The notes under the pieces are model-generated. The model saw only the letters and a program-made list of their open reading frames with translations. It had not been told where the DNA came from and made no database searches. DNA of 32,000 nucleotides from Thermoproteus tenax Kra 1 (lineage in GTDB: Archaea > Thermoproteota > Thermoprotei > Thermoproteales > Thermoproteaceae). Shown piece by piece: positions 1 through 7,079 of this stretch. Position numbers and translations under genes: made by a program. Every line of letters starts with the position of its first letter. Position 1 is the first letter of the stretch. The DNA is taken from assembly GCF_000253055.1 (NCBI RefSeq), contig NC_016070.1, positions 870,001 to 902,000 on the forward strand, in the 5' to 3' direction.

Positions 1-1
1 T

Positions 2-544
2 GAGTTTACATCGCTGGATGCTCTGCCGCATCAGATGAGGTACGACTACGCCATGGTCTACTCCAACAACGTGCCTGCGGAGTCTCTCATTGCGAAGGTT
101 AAGTCGATCCAGGAGGCGGCGCCAGTGCCCGTGGACTACTGTATAGGCAGAGGGAGGACTCCGCTTGAGGCTTACGAGCGTTGCGGCGATGGATCTACAG
201 AGGGCGGGCCGGCCGTGGTGGGGCATTTGGATATTGTCAATAGCACGAGACAGACCGAGAAGCGCGGCTCCTACGATATCTATATTGTCGTTGGAGATCT
301 ATTGAACAAGATAAACTCAATATGCAGAGGTCTGGGCTGTCTCTCCTTCTATTTGGGAGGCGACAATATAATGATATTCCTCCCAGATGTAGAGGCAGGG
401 TTCCAGATATATGACCAAGTGTATATCGACGTGAGGCTAGGGATCGGAATAGCCGAGAGGCCCTATCAAGCCTTCACTAAGGCGACGGAGGCCTTGGACT
501 CGATGCGGAGGGATAACGTTGTCGGCGTGAGGATCCTAAGATGA
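2..544 (+). CDS. arfA: GTP cyclohydrolase III (archaeal riboflavin/F420 entry enzyme), 5'-truncated by the window edge
   Basis: The frame is open from nt 2, with no stop before the first ATG at 35, so the N-terminus lies upstream. FYLGGDNIMIF (GGDN motif), HLDIVNST and GIGIAERPYQA blocks match my memory of M. jannaschii MJ0145. ATGA overlap with the next riboflavin gene. Confidence 0.8.
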   Translation, partial: EFTSLDALPHQMRYDYAMVYSNNVPAESLIAKVKSIQEAAPVPVDYCIGRGRTPLEAYERCGDGSTEGGPAVVGHLDIVNSTRQTEKRGSYDIYIVVGDLLNKINSICRGLGCLSFYLGGDNIMIFLPDVEAGFQIYDQVYIDVRLGIGIAERPYQAFTKATEALDSMRRDNVVGVRILR

Positions 545-1194
545 GGCCATATGTCTATCTAGTGGCGGCGGTTACTATTGACGGAAGGATAGCTAGCAAG
601 ACCGGCTACTCCAAGCTATCTTGCCCCATAGATCTGAGGAGACTACACGAGCTCAGGGGTAGGGTTGATGCAGTGATGGTGGGGGCTGGCACAGTCAGAG
701 TAGACAACCCGCGGCTCACAGTCAGATACGCTCAGGGCAAGAACCCTGTCAGAGTCGTCGTCGACGGAGCCTTGTCGCTCTCCCCTGAGATGAGGGTCTT
801 CGACAACTCTGCGCCGACTATACTCTTGACGACCGAGAGGGCTCCTCAAGAGAAGGTCGACGTCTTCGCTAGAAAGGGCGTCAGAGTGGTACAGTTCCCG
901 GGCGACTCAGTGCCGCTGAGGGAGGCCCTCGAGATGTTGTACAAGGAAGGAGTCAAGACGGTCCTAGTCGAGGGAGGCGGCCACGTGAACTGGCAGATCC
1001 TAAGCCAGTGTCTCGCGGACGAGCTCATTATAACTGTGACTCCCTACGCCTTTGGCGCCGGAACTTCGCTTCTTGAGGGACAAGGCTACGCTGATACTGA
1101 GTCGGCCCCGTTCAAGCTGAGGCTGATATCGGCTGAGGTGTGCGAGTGCGGGCAGGAGGTCGTCCTAAGGTATAAGGTTGAGTGTAAACATTAG
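541..1194 (+). CDS. arfC: 2,5-diamino-6-ribosylamino-4(3H)-pyrimidinone 5'-phosphate reductase (RibD C-terminal-domain family)
   Basis: 217 aa. The N-terminus RPYVYLVAAVTIDGRIASKTG and the MVGAGTVRVDNPRLTVR block are typical of the RibD_C/DHFR-like reductase fold. Start overlaps the arfA stop (ATGA). Confidence 0.85.
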   Translation: MRPYVYLVAAVTIDGRIASKTGYSKLSCPIDLRRLHELRGRVDAVMVGAGTVRVDNPRLTVRYAQGKNPVRVVVDGALSLSPEMRVFDNSAPTILLTTERAPQEKVDVFARKGVRVVQFPGDSVPLREALEMLYKEGVKTVLVEGGGHVNWQILSQCLADELIITVTPYAFGAGTSLLEGQGYADTESAPFKLRLISAEVCECGQEVVLRYKVECKH

Positions 1195-1201
1195 TTTACA
1201 C

Positions 1202-1214
1202 AAAAAATTTATTT
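1202..1214 (+). promoter_or_regulatory. TATA-like box for ribB
   Basis: AAAAAATTTATTT centred about 26 nt upstream of ATG 1234. Confidence 0.5.
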
Positions 1215-1233
1215 GAATAAACTGAGGTTGATA

Positions 1234-1884
1234 ATGCATCGGCTTGAGAGAGCCTTGGAGTATTTAAGGGCTGGCAAACCCGTCCTAGTATACGACGGAG
1301 ACGACAGAGAGGCTGAGGCGGATTTCGTTGTTCCGGCCAAGTCAGTTACGCCGAACTTGGTGAGGTGGCTCAGAATAAATGCCGGCGGGCTCCTATGTTT
1401 CGCCACTACTGAGGAAATAGCGAGGGCTCTAGGTCTCTCGTTTTTGTCCGAATATTATTCCAAACTGGGCCTCTCAACTCGCCCCAGATATGGAGACGAC
1501 CCGGCCTTTATGGGGTATGTGAACCACAAAAAGACGTTCACAGGCGTGAGGGACTCAGACAAGGCTCTGACTATAAAGGAGCTTGCCCATATAGCCGAGC
1601 TTGCGCTTAAAGATCCCTCGCTAGCTAGAGAGGAGTTCCTATCTAACTTCTACGCGCCCGGTCATGTGCCCATACTGGGGGCGCGCCTGGGGCGCAGATG
1701 GGGCCACACAGAGCTGTCTATGATCTTGGCCAAGGCAGCGGGGTTGCCGCCGGCGGTCGCGATAATAGAGGTATTGGGGCCGAGCACAGAGGCCATGACC
1801 TATCAAGAGGTGAGCGAGTTGGCCGAGACTCTCGGAGTCCCGCTCCTGCGTGGAGAGGACCTAAAGGCCTTTGCGCAGTTTTAG
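1234..1884 (+). CDS. ribB: 3,4-dihydroxy-2-butanone 4-phosphate synthase
   Basis: The motif [22 protein letters not shown] and the HTE block are typical of DHBP synthase. The ORF track starts at TTG 1213, but ATG 1234 lies about 26 nt downstream of the A/T box at 1202-1214, which fits a leaderless start. Confidence 0.85.
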   Translation: MHRLERALEYLRAGKPVLVYDGDDREAEADFVVPAKSVTPNLVRWLRINAGGLLCFATTEEIARALGLSFLSEYYSKLGLSTRPRYGDDPAFMGYVNHKKTFTGVRDSDKALTIKELAHIAELALKDPSLAREEFLSNFYAPGHVPILGARLGRRWGHTELSMILAKAAGLPPAVAIIEVLGPSTEAMTYQEVSELAETLGVPLLRGEDLKAFAQF

Positions 1885-2283
1885 AACTATCTTGGCGTTC
1901 TGCGCATCTCTCACAAACTTGGCCACATAGGGCGCTAGGCGGTCTATCTCCCTTCTGGGAACTGTGTTCCAGGTGGGGCACGTCTTGTCAACGTAGACCT
2001 CCCTCCCGTCGTAGACTAGGGGGTAGAGCCTACACCCTATAGGTCTATGCTCATAGATCTTGCAGACCGCCCTCTTTGGATCGTAAAAGAAACAGTGTCC
2101 GTCCACGTTCCTCAGACGGACCACATCGCCGTCAACAACGGCGAATTCGTTGAACTTGTAGCCCAATCCCTCTATCCTCTCTATATCCTCCGGCAGGAGC
2201 TCCATCTGGGTATTAAGGCAACAGATACCGCACTTTATACACTTGAACTTTACTTCGAAGTAGGAGGGATCGCGCCAGCTCAC
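1861..2283 (-). CDS. YkgJ-family (UPF0153) cysteine-cluster zinc/iron-chelating protein
   Basis: N-terminal CIKCGICC (CxxCxxCC) plus later C/H residues. The GTG start overlaps the upstream dehydrogenase stop (GTGA). The 3' end overlaps convergent ribB by 24 nt. Confidence 0.75.
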   Translation of the reverse strand: MSWRDPSYFEVKFKCIKCGICCLNTQMELLPEDIERIEGLGYKFNEFAVVDGDVVRLRNVDGHCFFYDPKRAVCKIYEHRPIGCRLYPLVYDGREVYVDKTCPTWNTVPRREIDRLAPYVAKFVRDAQNAKIVLKLRKGL

Positions 2284-3254
2284 TCCACCACGTAGAGCGG
2301 CCTCTGGCCTCTGAAGAATCTAACTACGTTCTCTGCAGCTATCTCGGCCATCATCCTCCGCGTCTCCTCGGCGGCGCTTCCGATGTGAGGAGTTAGAACC
2401 ACGTTGGGAAACTTGGCCAGCTCGTGGGTGTGGGGCAGAGGCTCCGTCTCAAAGACATCCAAGGCGGCGCCGGCCAGAAGGCCCTCCCTGAGGGCCCTTA
2501 CGAGGGCCTCAGTGTCCACTACAGCGCCTCTGGATACGTTCACTAAGTAGGCGCCTTTCTTCATCCTATTGAGGCGCTCCCAGTTTATTAAGTGGTACGT
2601 CTCGGGCGTCAGCGCTATGGAGACTACGACGAAATCGCTTGTGGCCAGGAGCTCCTCAAGGGACAGGTACTTGATTCCTAACGCGAACTCAACCTGCGGC
2701 TTCCTCGTGCGAGACCAATAGACCACCTCGGCGCCAAAGGCCAGAAGGCGCCTCGCTATAGCGGCGCCAAGGTTGCCCAATCCCACGATCCCCGCCCTCT
2801 TTCCGCGTATGTCTGAGCCTATAAGGGCACCCCATATGTCGTAGGCCTTCCCCTCCCTAATCAGTCTATCGCCCTCCACAATCCTTCTGGCCAGAGCGAG
2901 GAGCAAGCCGACCGCAAGATCCGCCGTCGCGTCCACTAGCACCTCAGGCGTATTGGTAACTACAATCCCCCTGCGCTTAGCCTCGGCTACATCTATATGG
3001 TCGTAGCCGACGGATACAGTCGAAATTATCTTGAGCCGAGAGCCCGCCGAGAGCACCTCGGCGTCCACTCTGTCCCCCACGAATACAACTAGCGCATCGC
3101 ACTCGGCAGCAGCCCTTTTGAGCACCTCCTTGGGGATTCCTACGGTGAGCCAAGCGGGTTTTCCGTATTTATAAGTCCGTACCTCTCCGACCTCTGACAA
3201 CTTCCTATAGAGCACCTCGGGGAATGTGTCTCTGCTTACGAATATACACGGCAC
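2280..3254 (-). CDS. gyaR: D-isomer-specific 2-hydroxyacid dehydrogenase (glyoxylate/hydroxypyruvate reductase type)
   Basis: 324 aa. NAD-binding loop [26 protein letters not shown] and DVFETEP blocks, and catalytic His region TPHIGSA. Confidence 0.85.
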   Translation of the reverse strand: MPCIFVSRDTFPEVLYRKLSEVGEVRTYKYGKPAWLTVGIPKEVLKRAAAECDALVVFVGDRVDAEVLSAGSRLKIISTVSVGYDHIDVAEAKRRGIVVTNTPEVLVDATADLAVGLLLALARRIVEGDRLIREGKAYDIWGALIGSDIRGKRAGIVGLGNLGAAIARRLLAFGAEVVYWSRTRKPQVEFALGIKYLSLEELLATSDFVVVSIALTPETYHLINWERLNRMKKGAYLVNVSRGAVVDTEALVRALREGLLAGAALDVFETEPLPHTHELAKFPNVVLTPHIGSAAEETRRMMAEIAAENVVRFFRGQRPLYVVE

Positions 3255-3271
3255 ATCCCGGCAGAGTACGA

Positions 3272-3715
3272 TTATTTAATCTTTAAAAAGCGCTTCAGCC
3301 ATTCGGGCATCTTGGGCCTCTGCACTATATCGAGCACATCGTAAGGCTTCAAGTCCAAGATGGGGCTGCCGGTCCATGCATCGAGGTTCCTCAGGCGGAG
3401 CCTGGGGGGCTCCACGGATACTATCTCGGCCACGGTGAGCCCTATAGGGTTCGGGCGAGGAGGAAACCTAGTGGCGAATATGCCCACCTCCGGCATATCC
3501 TCAAGACCCCACGGCTTGAGCGTAATCCTGGTCTCTTTAACGCGGTCCATGAACCAGATGACGAACACATGGCTGTATTCCTCAATGCCCTTCAGACCGG
3601 CCGAGAACTCGTCGAAAATCCTGACCGTCGAGACGAAAGTTCTGCGGTCAACCCTGGGCCCCTCCTCGGGCAGACCCGACTCGACAACGCCGATGGGCCT
3701 CAATCTGATTTCCAT
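3272..3715 (-). CDS. TrmO/TsaA (YaeB, UPF0066) family SAM-dependent tRNA methyltransferase-like protein
   Basis: N-terminus RPIGVVES, the block FATRFPPRPNPIGLT and the C-terminal SPILDLKPY are characteristic of the family. The start shares one nt with the upstream gene stop (TAATG). Confidence 0.8.
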   Translation of the reverse strand: MEIRLRPIGVVESGLPEEGPRVDRRTFVSTVRIFDEFSAGLKGIEEYSHVFVIWFMDRVKETRITLKPWGLEDMPEVGIFATRFPPRPNPIGLTVAEIVSVEPPRLRLRNLDAWTGSPILDLKPYDVLDIVQRPKMPEWLKRFLKIK

Positions 3716-4215
3716 TAAGACACGACCTGGGCCGTGATAGAGGGGCTTATTATCAACTCTCCATCGTGGAACACTACGTGCGGGAACGATATGAGGAGCT
3801 TCTCGGAGGAGCCTCCGTTCAACCTCATCCCGCCTATTATGTGGACCTTGAAAACGCCGCTAGGGATACGCGCAGTGATGTTTGATCCATCGATCTGTAC
3901 TGTGGCCTCGGAGATTGTGAAGAACACCTCATTGTATTCGCCGGCTGGCACAGAGGCAGAGAGCAGCAGCTGGGGCGTGCTCGTGAGCTCTACAGTTCTG
4001 CTACCATTGAATAGGACGATCCAGCCCCCCGTCCCATTGGCGTTCACTCTGTGCAGGGCAATAGAGGTGAACGTCACATATATTGCGATCCTCTGAGGCG
4101 ATGGAGGATCAGAGATGTAGATGTCCACATGTCCCTGTGAGAAGTAGTAGTAGGCCAAGAGGCCTAAGGCTGCCACTACGACGATCGCCCCTACGACGAG
4201 GATGGACGTTCTCAT
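3715..4215 (-). CDS. N-terminally membrane-anchored DUF4382-like protein
   Basis: One N-terminal TM helix (ILVVGAIVVVAALGLLAYYYF) followed by a beta-rich domain. VPAGEYNEVFF and IPSGVFKV resemble DUF4382 signature blocks; the family name is from memory. Confidence 0.7.
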   Translation of the reverse strand: MRTSILVVGAIVVVAALGLLAYYYFSQGHVDIYISDPPSPQRIAIYVTFTSIALHRVNANGTGGWIVLFNGSRTVELTSTPQLLLSASVPAGEYNEVFFTISEATVQIDGSNITARIPSGVFKVHIIGGMRLNGGSSEKLLISFPHVVFHDGELIISPSITAQVVS

Positions 4216-4237
4216 AAGACGTCGTTGCGCGTTAGCT

Positions 4238-4696
4238 TTAAGGTTTTCTTGCGCCTAAGGCTCGTCTCACGAGCTCCCTCACGTTGGGGTACGTCTTCAG
4301 TACATCTAGATCATCGGCAGAGATCCACCTTCCCTCTCTCAGCGTTCCGCCGGTTCTCTCCACAAGGAATATCAAGTCGTAGTGGAGGTGAACCTCAGAA
4401 GGGTATCTGACCACCTCGCGCATTATGGCGAAGGGGAGCGGCTCCTCAATAACATCGGGCGCAGTTATGCCCAACCTCGGGCCCACCGGCTCAACCCTCA
4501 AGCCTGTCTCCTCCTCAAACTCTCTGACCACAGCCTCGGCAGGCGTCTCGCCGGGCTCCACGTGGCCGCCTGGGTAGAGCCAGACGTCAAGCTTTTTGTG
4601 ATATATCATAAGAGCCCTACCGCCTTCAACCAAGATGCCCGATGCCACAATACACTTCTTCACTCTCGGTCTTAGGGATCCGCTAAATGAGTCCAA
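4238..4696 (-). CDS. NUDIX hydrolase
   Basis: Complete Nudix box GGHVEPGETPAEAVVREFEEETGL. There is no ATG near the 5' end. The track start is TTG 4696, and the in-frame GTG at 4663 is an alternative. Confidence 0.8.
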   Translation of the reverse strand: MDSFSGSLRPRVKKCIVASGILVEGGRALMIYHKKLDVWLYPGGHVEPGETPAEAVVREFEEETGLRVEPVGPRLGITAPDVIEEPLPFAIMREVVRYPSEVHLHYDLIFLVERTGGTLREGRWISADDLDVLKTYPNVRELVRRALGARKP

Positions 4697-4714
4697 TGGA
4701 CAACTTTCAGCGCC

Positions 4715-5014
4715 TCAGTTCTCCTGCTCGGCCCTCCTCTCCAGCCACTTGGAGAACATTATGAAGAAGACCTCCGCGTTGTGCCTTCCCACCGCCCTCT
4801 CCAGCGCGGCGTACAGCCCCTCCGGCTCCGCCTCGGCGAACTCGGCGAGCCCTCTGCCGAAGAGCCTCCTCAGCCTCACGTCGATGGCGGTGAGGTAGGC
4901 TGCGTCGAGGCTCCTCACGAACTCCGGGAGGAGACCCGTCTTGAGGGTCAAGGCCATCATGTGCACGCCGTGTGCCCCAGGATAAAAATCCTCCGGAGCG
5001 CCGAGAGAAATCAT
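4715..5014 (-). CDS. hypothetical protein (helical, no motif recognised)
   Basis: GC3-rich ORF, co-directional with and 18 nt upstream of the NUDIX gene. The track start TTG 5074 sits 4 nt from an A/T box and its first 20 codons are AT-rich and promoter-like, so ATG 5014 is preferred. The start remains uncertain. Confidence 0.55.
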   Translation of the reverse strand: MISLGAPEDFYPGAHGVHMMALTLKTGLLPEFVRSLDAAYLTAIDVRLRRLFGRGLAEFAEAEPEGLYAALERAVGRHNAEVFFIMFSKWLERRAEQEN

Positions 5015-5077
5015 CCCATATAAATAACTTACGGAGTAGCTAAGCAATCCGCAGATCTTAAAACAGGGAGACAATCC

Positions 5078-5087
5078 AAATATTTAT
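5078..5087. promoter_or_regulatory. A/T box in the divergent intergenic region (hypothetical/NUDIX string vs CoA-transferase)
   Basis: AAATATTTAT is the only strong A/T element between the divergent genes. Which strand or strands it serves is not resolved. Confidence 0.4.
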
Positions 5088-5216
5088 GAGGCGGATGACG
5101 GCAAGGCGGAATATTACGGTTTCCTCGCCCATTACTGTATCGGGCGAGGTCGCATGGGACACGAAGGCGCCAAGGGCGGCCGCCCTAACAGTGTTCCCCT
5201 CAAGAGGGGAAGCGCC

Positions 5217-6440
5217 ATGAGGCCTCTGGAGGGAGTGAGAATTTTGGACTTCACGGCGGCCATGGCAGGTCCCTTTGCGACGATGCTCCTCGCGGACTTG
5301 GGAGCCGAGGTTATAAAGATAGAGCCCCCCGAGGGGGATCACGCGAGAGATTGGGGCCCTCCCTCATATGGCGAGAAATACAGCGCATATTTCGCAAGCG
5401 TGAACAGAGGTAAGAAGTCGATCGTCTTGGACCTCAAAAGGGAGGAGGCACGCGAGGTAGTCTATAAATTGGTAAAGACTGCAGATGCAGTAGTCGAAAA
5501 CTTCAGGCCAGGGGTCGCCGAAAGGCTCGGCGTGGACTACAAGAACTTAAAGAGATTCAACCCTCAGTTGGTTTACTGCTCTATTTCGGGGTTCGGCGAA
5601 GGGCCCTACAGAGATCTGCCTGCGTACGACCTGGTGGCGCTCGCTATGTCGGGACTGATGGACTTGACCGGAGAGCCCGAGAGACCGCCGGTGAAGTTCG
5701 CGGTTCCTATCACGGATATTGCCGCTGGCTTCTACTGCGCTCTCTCTGTTACCGCCGCAGTGTTGAGCGGGATCCCGGGGTACATAGAGGTGCCGCTCAT
5801 AGAGGCGGCTATATCGTTGCTCACGCATCAAGCAAGTTACTACTTCGCCAGCGGCGAACCGCCGAGGAGGATGGGAAGCGCCCACGCGACCATAGTCCCA
5901 TATCAAGCGTTTAAGGCTAAGGACGGCTACTTCATATTGGCGGTGGGTAGCGATCATTTATGGCGGAAGTTCTGCGAGGCCATAGGCAGGCCGGAGCTAG
6001 CCGACGATCCGCGCTTTAGGACTAACGCAGATAGAGTCAAGAACAGGGACGAGCTTGTAAAGATACTCGAGAGGATCTTTGCAGAAGGAGAGACGCACCA
6101 CTGGGTCAGGTTGATGTGGCAGAACGGCGTAGCTGCAGCGCCCGTCTATAACGTTTCACAGGTGTTCTCAGATCCACATATAAAGTACAGAGGTGTGGTC
6201 GTTGAGGCCAACGGCCCCTATGGCCCAGTAAGGATGTTGAGGAGCCCGATAAACTCGGCGTCAATGGACATAGGCAGATACACAGCGCCGCCGGCCCTTG
6301 GGGAGCACACGTGCGAGATCCTCAAAGAGCTCGGTTATACCGACGAGCAGATAAGAGACCTCCTTAAGAGCGGCGTAGCTAGATCCTCGTCTAACAGCTG
6401 CTCGATATCTCGAGAGAGGAGCGCCCCGGCCGGGATTTGA
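5217..6440 (+). CDS. Family III CoA-transferase (CaiB/BaiF/Frc family)
   Basis: MRPLEGVRILDFTAAMAGPFATMLLADLGAEVIKIEPP is the canonical N-terminus of the family, and PITDIAAG contains the expected catalytic Asp region. ATG 5217 is preferred over ATG 5154. The last 19 nt overlap tRNA-Asp on the opposite strand. Confidence 0.85.
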   Translation: MRPLEGVRILDFTAAMAGPFATMLLADLGAEVIKIEPPEGDHARDWGPPSYGEKYSAYFASVNRGKKSIVLDLKREEAREVVYKLVKTADAVVENFRPGVAERLGVDYKNLKRFNPQLVYCSISGFGEGPYRDLPAYDLVALAMSGLMDLTGEPERPPVKFAVPITDIAAGFYCALSVTAAVLSGIPGYIEVPLIEAAISLLTHQASYYFASGEPPRRMGSAHATIVPYQAFKAKDGYFILAVGSDHLWRKFCEAIGRPELADDPRFRTNADRVKNRDELVKILERIFAEGETHHWVRLMWQNGVAAAPVYNVSQVFSDPHIKYRGVVVEANGPYGPVRMLRSPINSASMDIGRYTAPPALGEHTCEILKELGYTDEQIRDLLKSGVARSSSNSCSISRERSAPAGI

Positions 6441-6533
6441 ACCCGGGTCACGGGCTCGACAGGCCCGCATACTAGTCCGGGCTATACTACCGGATGGGGT
6501 AGCTACATGCTATGGCCCCCGCCCGTCCGGGGC
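6422..6533 (-). tRNA. tRNA-Asp (anticodon GTC) with one 37-nt non-canonical intron
   Basis: Hand-folded on the minus strand: acceptor GCCCCGG/CCGGGGC, discriminator G, D stem GTAT/GTAT, anticodon stem CGGGC/GCCCG with loop CTGTCGA (GTC at 6460-6458), variable TGAC, T arm CCGGG-TTCAAAT-CCCGG. The mature length is 75 nt after removal of 37 nt between the acceptor 5' strand and U8. No encoded CCA. Confidence 0.8.
6490..6526 (-). other. tRNA-Asp intron (37 nt) in the acceptor/D junction
   Basis: ACGGGCGGGGGCCATAGCATGTAGCTACCCCATCCGG interrupts an otherwise perfect cloverleaf. A CCGG repeat at both borders lets the splice position slide between 3/4 and 7/8. Confidence 0.65.
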
Positions 6534-6550
6534 GGGCTCTTTGTACTGAT

Positions 6551-6561
6551 GTTTTTAAAAG
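6551..6561 (-). promoter_or_regulatory. TATA-like box for tRNA-Asp
   Basis: The minus strand reads CTTTTAAAAAC, centred about 23 nt upstream of tRNA position 1 (6533). Confidence 0.55.
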
Positions 6562-6895
6562 TTTTTCGCTCAACTGCTATGTATTGAGGCGTAGCACGCC
6601 ATCTGTCCTACCGCCGGCGTTGCGCCCAGGGGGCCCCACCCTGCCTCCGCTTTACTGACGTCCAAGGCGCCTCGGGCGCAGAGCCATCGTGCAAGGGGCA
6701 GAGGCCCCCTCCTCCAGTGATAGCCCCGGCCGGGGATCGTGGGGACGCTGCCTCTTTACAGCGGGCATACGCTTAAGCCCCCAGTCTGCACAGAGAAACG
6801 CGCTTTCCTCAATTGCGAGGAAGAAAACTGTCCTCTGAGCGGCCAAGGCCGGGTTATCGTCGAAGGTATAACGGCCCTTTAGACAGCATCGTTAA
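6562..6895 (-). ncRNA. Candidate structured ncRNA with RNase P RNA-like CR-I/CR-V motifs (boundaries approximate)
   Basis: No credible ORF. Very GC-rich with many local helices. A/T box at 6917-6930 upstream and a T-run near 6556-6560 downstream. Minus strand reads GAGGAAAG (6810-6803) and ACAGAUGGCGUGCUAC (6606-6591). AGCGCGUU (6804-6797) can pair with GGCGUGCU (6600-6593) as a P4-like helix. No bulged U, and P1/P2 could not be drawn confidently. Confidence 0.4.
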
Positions 6896-6916
6896 AGCGG
6901 ATCTCCACCGCCGGAG

Positions 6917-6930
6917 AAAAATTTTTAAGA
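6917..6930. promoter_or_regulatory. Near-palindromic A/T box: promoter for tRNA-Glu (+) and possibly the minus-strand ncRNA
   Basis: AAAAATTTTTAAGA is centred about 25 nt upstream of tRNA-Glu position 1 (6950). It reads as a TATA-like element on both strands. Confidence 0.55.
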
Positions 6931-6956
6931 AGGCGCCATTGATGAGTCCGCCCCGG

Positions 6957-6993
6957 CTAGACGGGGGCCGTAGCCGAAGGCTACCCCACCCGG
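6957..6993 (+). other. tRNA-Glu intron 1 (37 nt), same position as the tRNA-Asp intron
   Basis: CTAGACGGGGGCCGTAGCCGAAGGCTACCCCACCCGG. It matches the Asp intron at 26 of 37 positions in an ungapped alignment. CCGG border repeats make the exact junction ambiguous. Confidence 0.65.
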
Positions 6994-7006
6994 TCGTCTA
7001 GCCCGG

Positions 7007-7024
7007 TCAAGGGGCAACGCCCGG
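7007..7024 (+). other. tRNA-Glu intron 2 (18 nt) in the D loop
   Basis: The D loop would be 29 nt without removal of TCAAGGGGCAACGCCCGG. Removal gives AGCCCGGCTAG, the same 11-nt length as in tRNA-Asp. A GCCCGG border repeat leaves the junction ambiguous by up to 6 nt. Confidence 0.6.
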
Positions 7025-7079
7025 CTAGGGATATGGGCCTCTCGAGCCCAAGACCCGGGTTCAAATCCCGGCCGGGGCA

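Larger units (their letters stand above)
6950..7079 (+). tRNA. tRNA-Glu (anticodon CTC) with two non-canonical introns
   Basis: Acceptor GCCCCGG/CCGGGGC, discriminator A, D stem GTCT/GGAT, anticodon stem TGGGC/GCCCA with loop CTCTCGA (CTC at 7041-7043), variable AGAC, T arm CCGGG-TTCAAAT-CCCGG. 130 nt minus the 37-nt and 18-nt introns gives a 75-nt mature tRNA. A/T box lies about 25 nt upstream. Confidence 0.8.

Noticed and set aside
5154-5216. Upstream ATG 5154 as the CoA-transferase start
   Set aside because: The extra 21 aa (MGHEGAKGGRPNSVPLKRGSA) are low-complexity and are encoded by the palindrome-containing leader. Family members typically begin at the MxPLxGxR motif. It is kept as an open alternative in the findings.
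6562-6895. SRP (7S) RNA as the identity of the structured ncRNA
   Set aside because: The size would fit. However, I could not find the helix-8 signature (GNAR tetraloop next to an AGCA-type symmetric loop) or a 5' Alu-domain UGUAA motif in the right place on either strand. The CR-I/CR-V-like motifs fit RNase P RNA better. A covariance-model search is still needed.
6939-6945. UGAUGA (C-box-like) 5 nt upstream of tRNA-Glu, and a few other UGAUGA matches inside genes (for example around 11501-11537 and 12212-12220 on the minus strand)
   Set aside because: There is no properly spaced D/D' (CUGA) box or terminal stem, so these are most likely chance matches rather than C/D box sRNAs.
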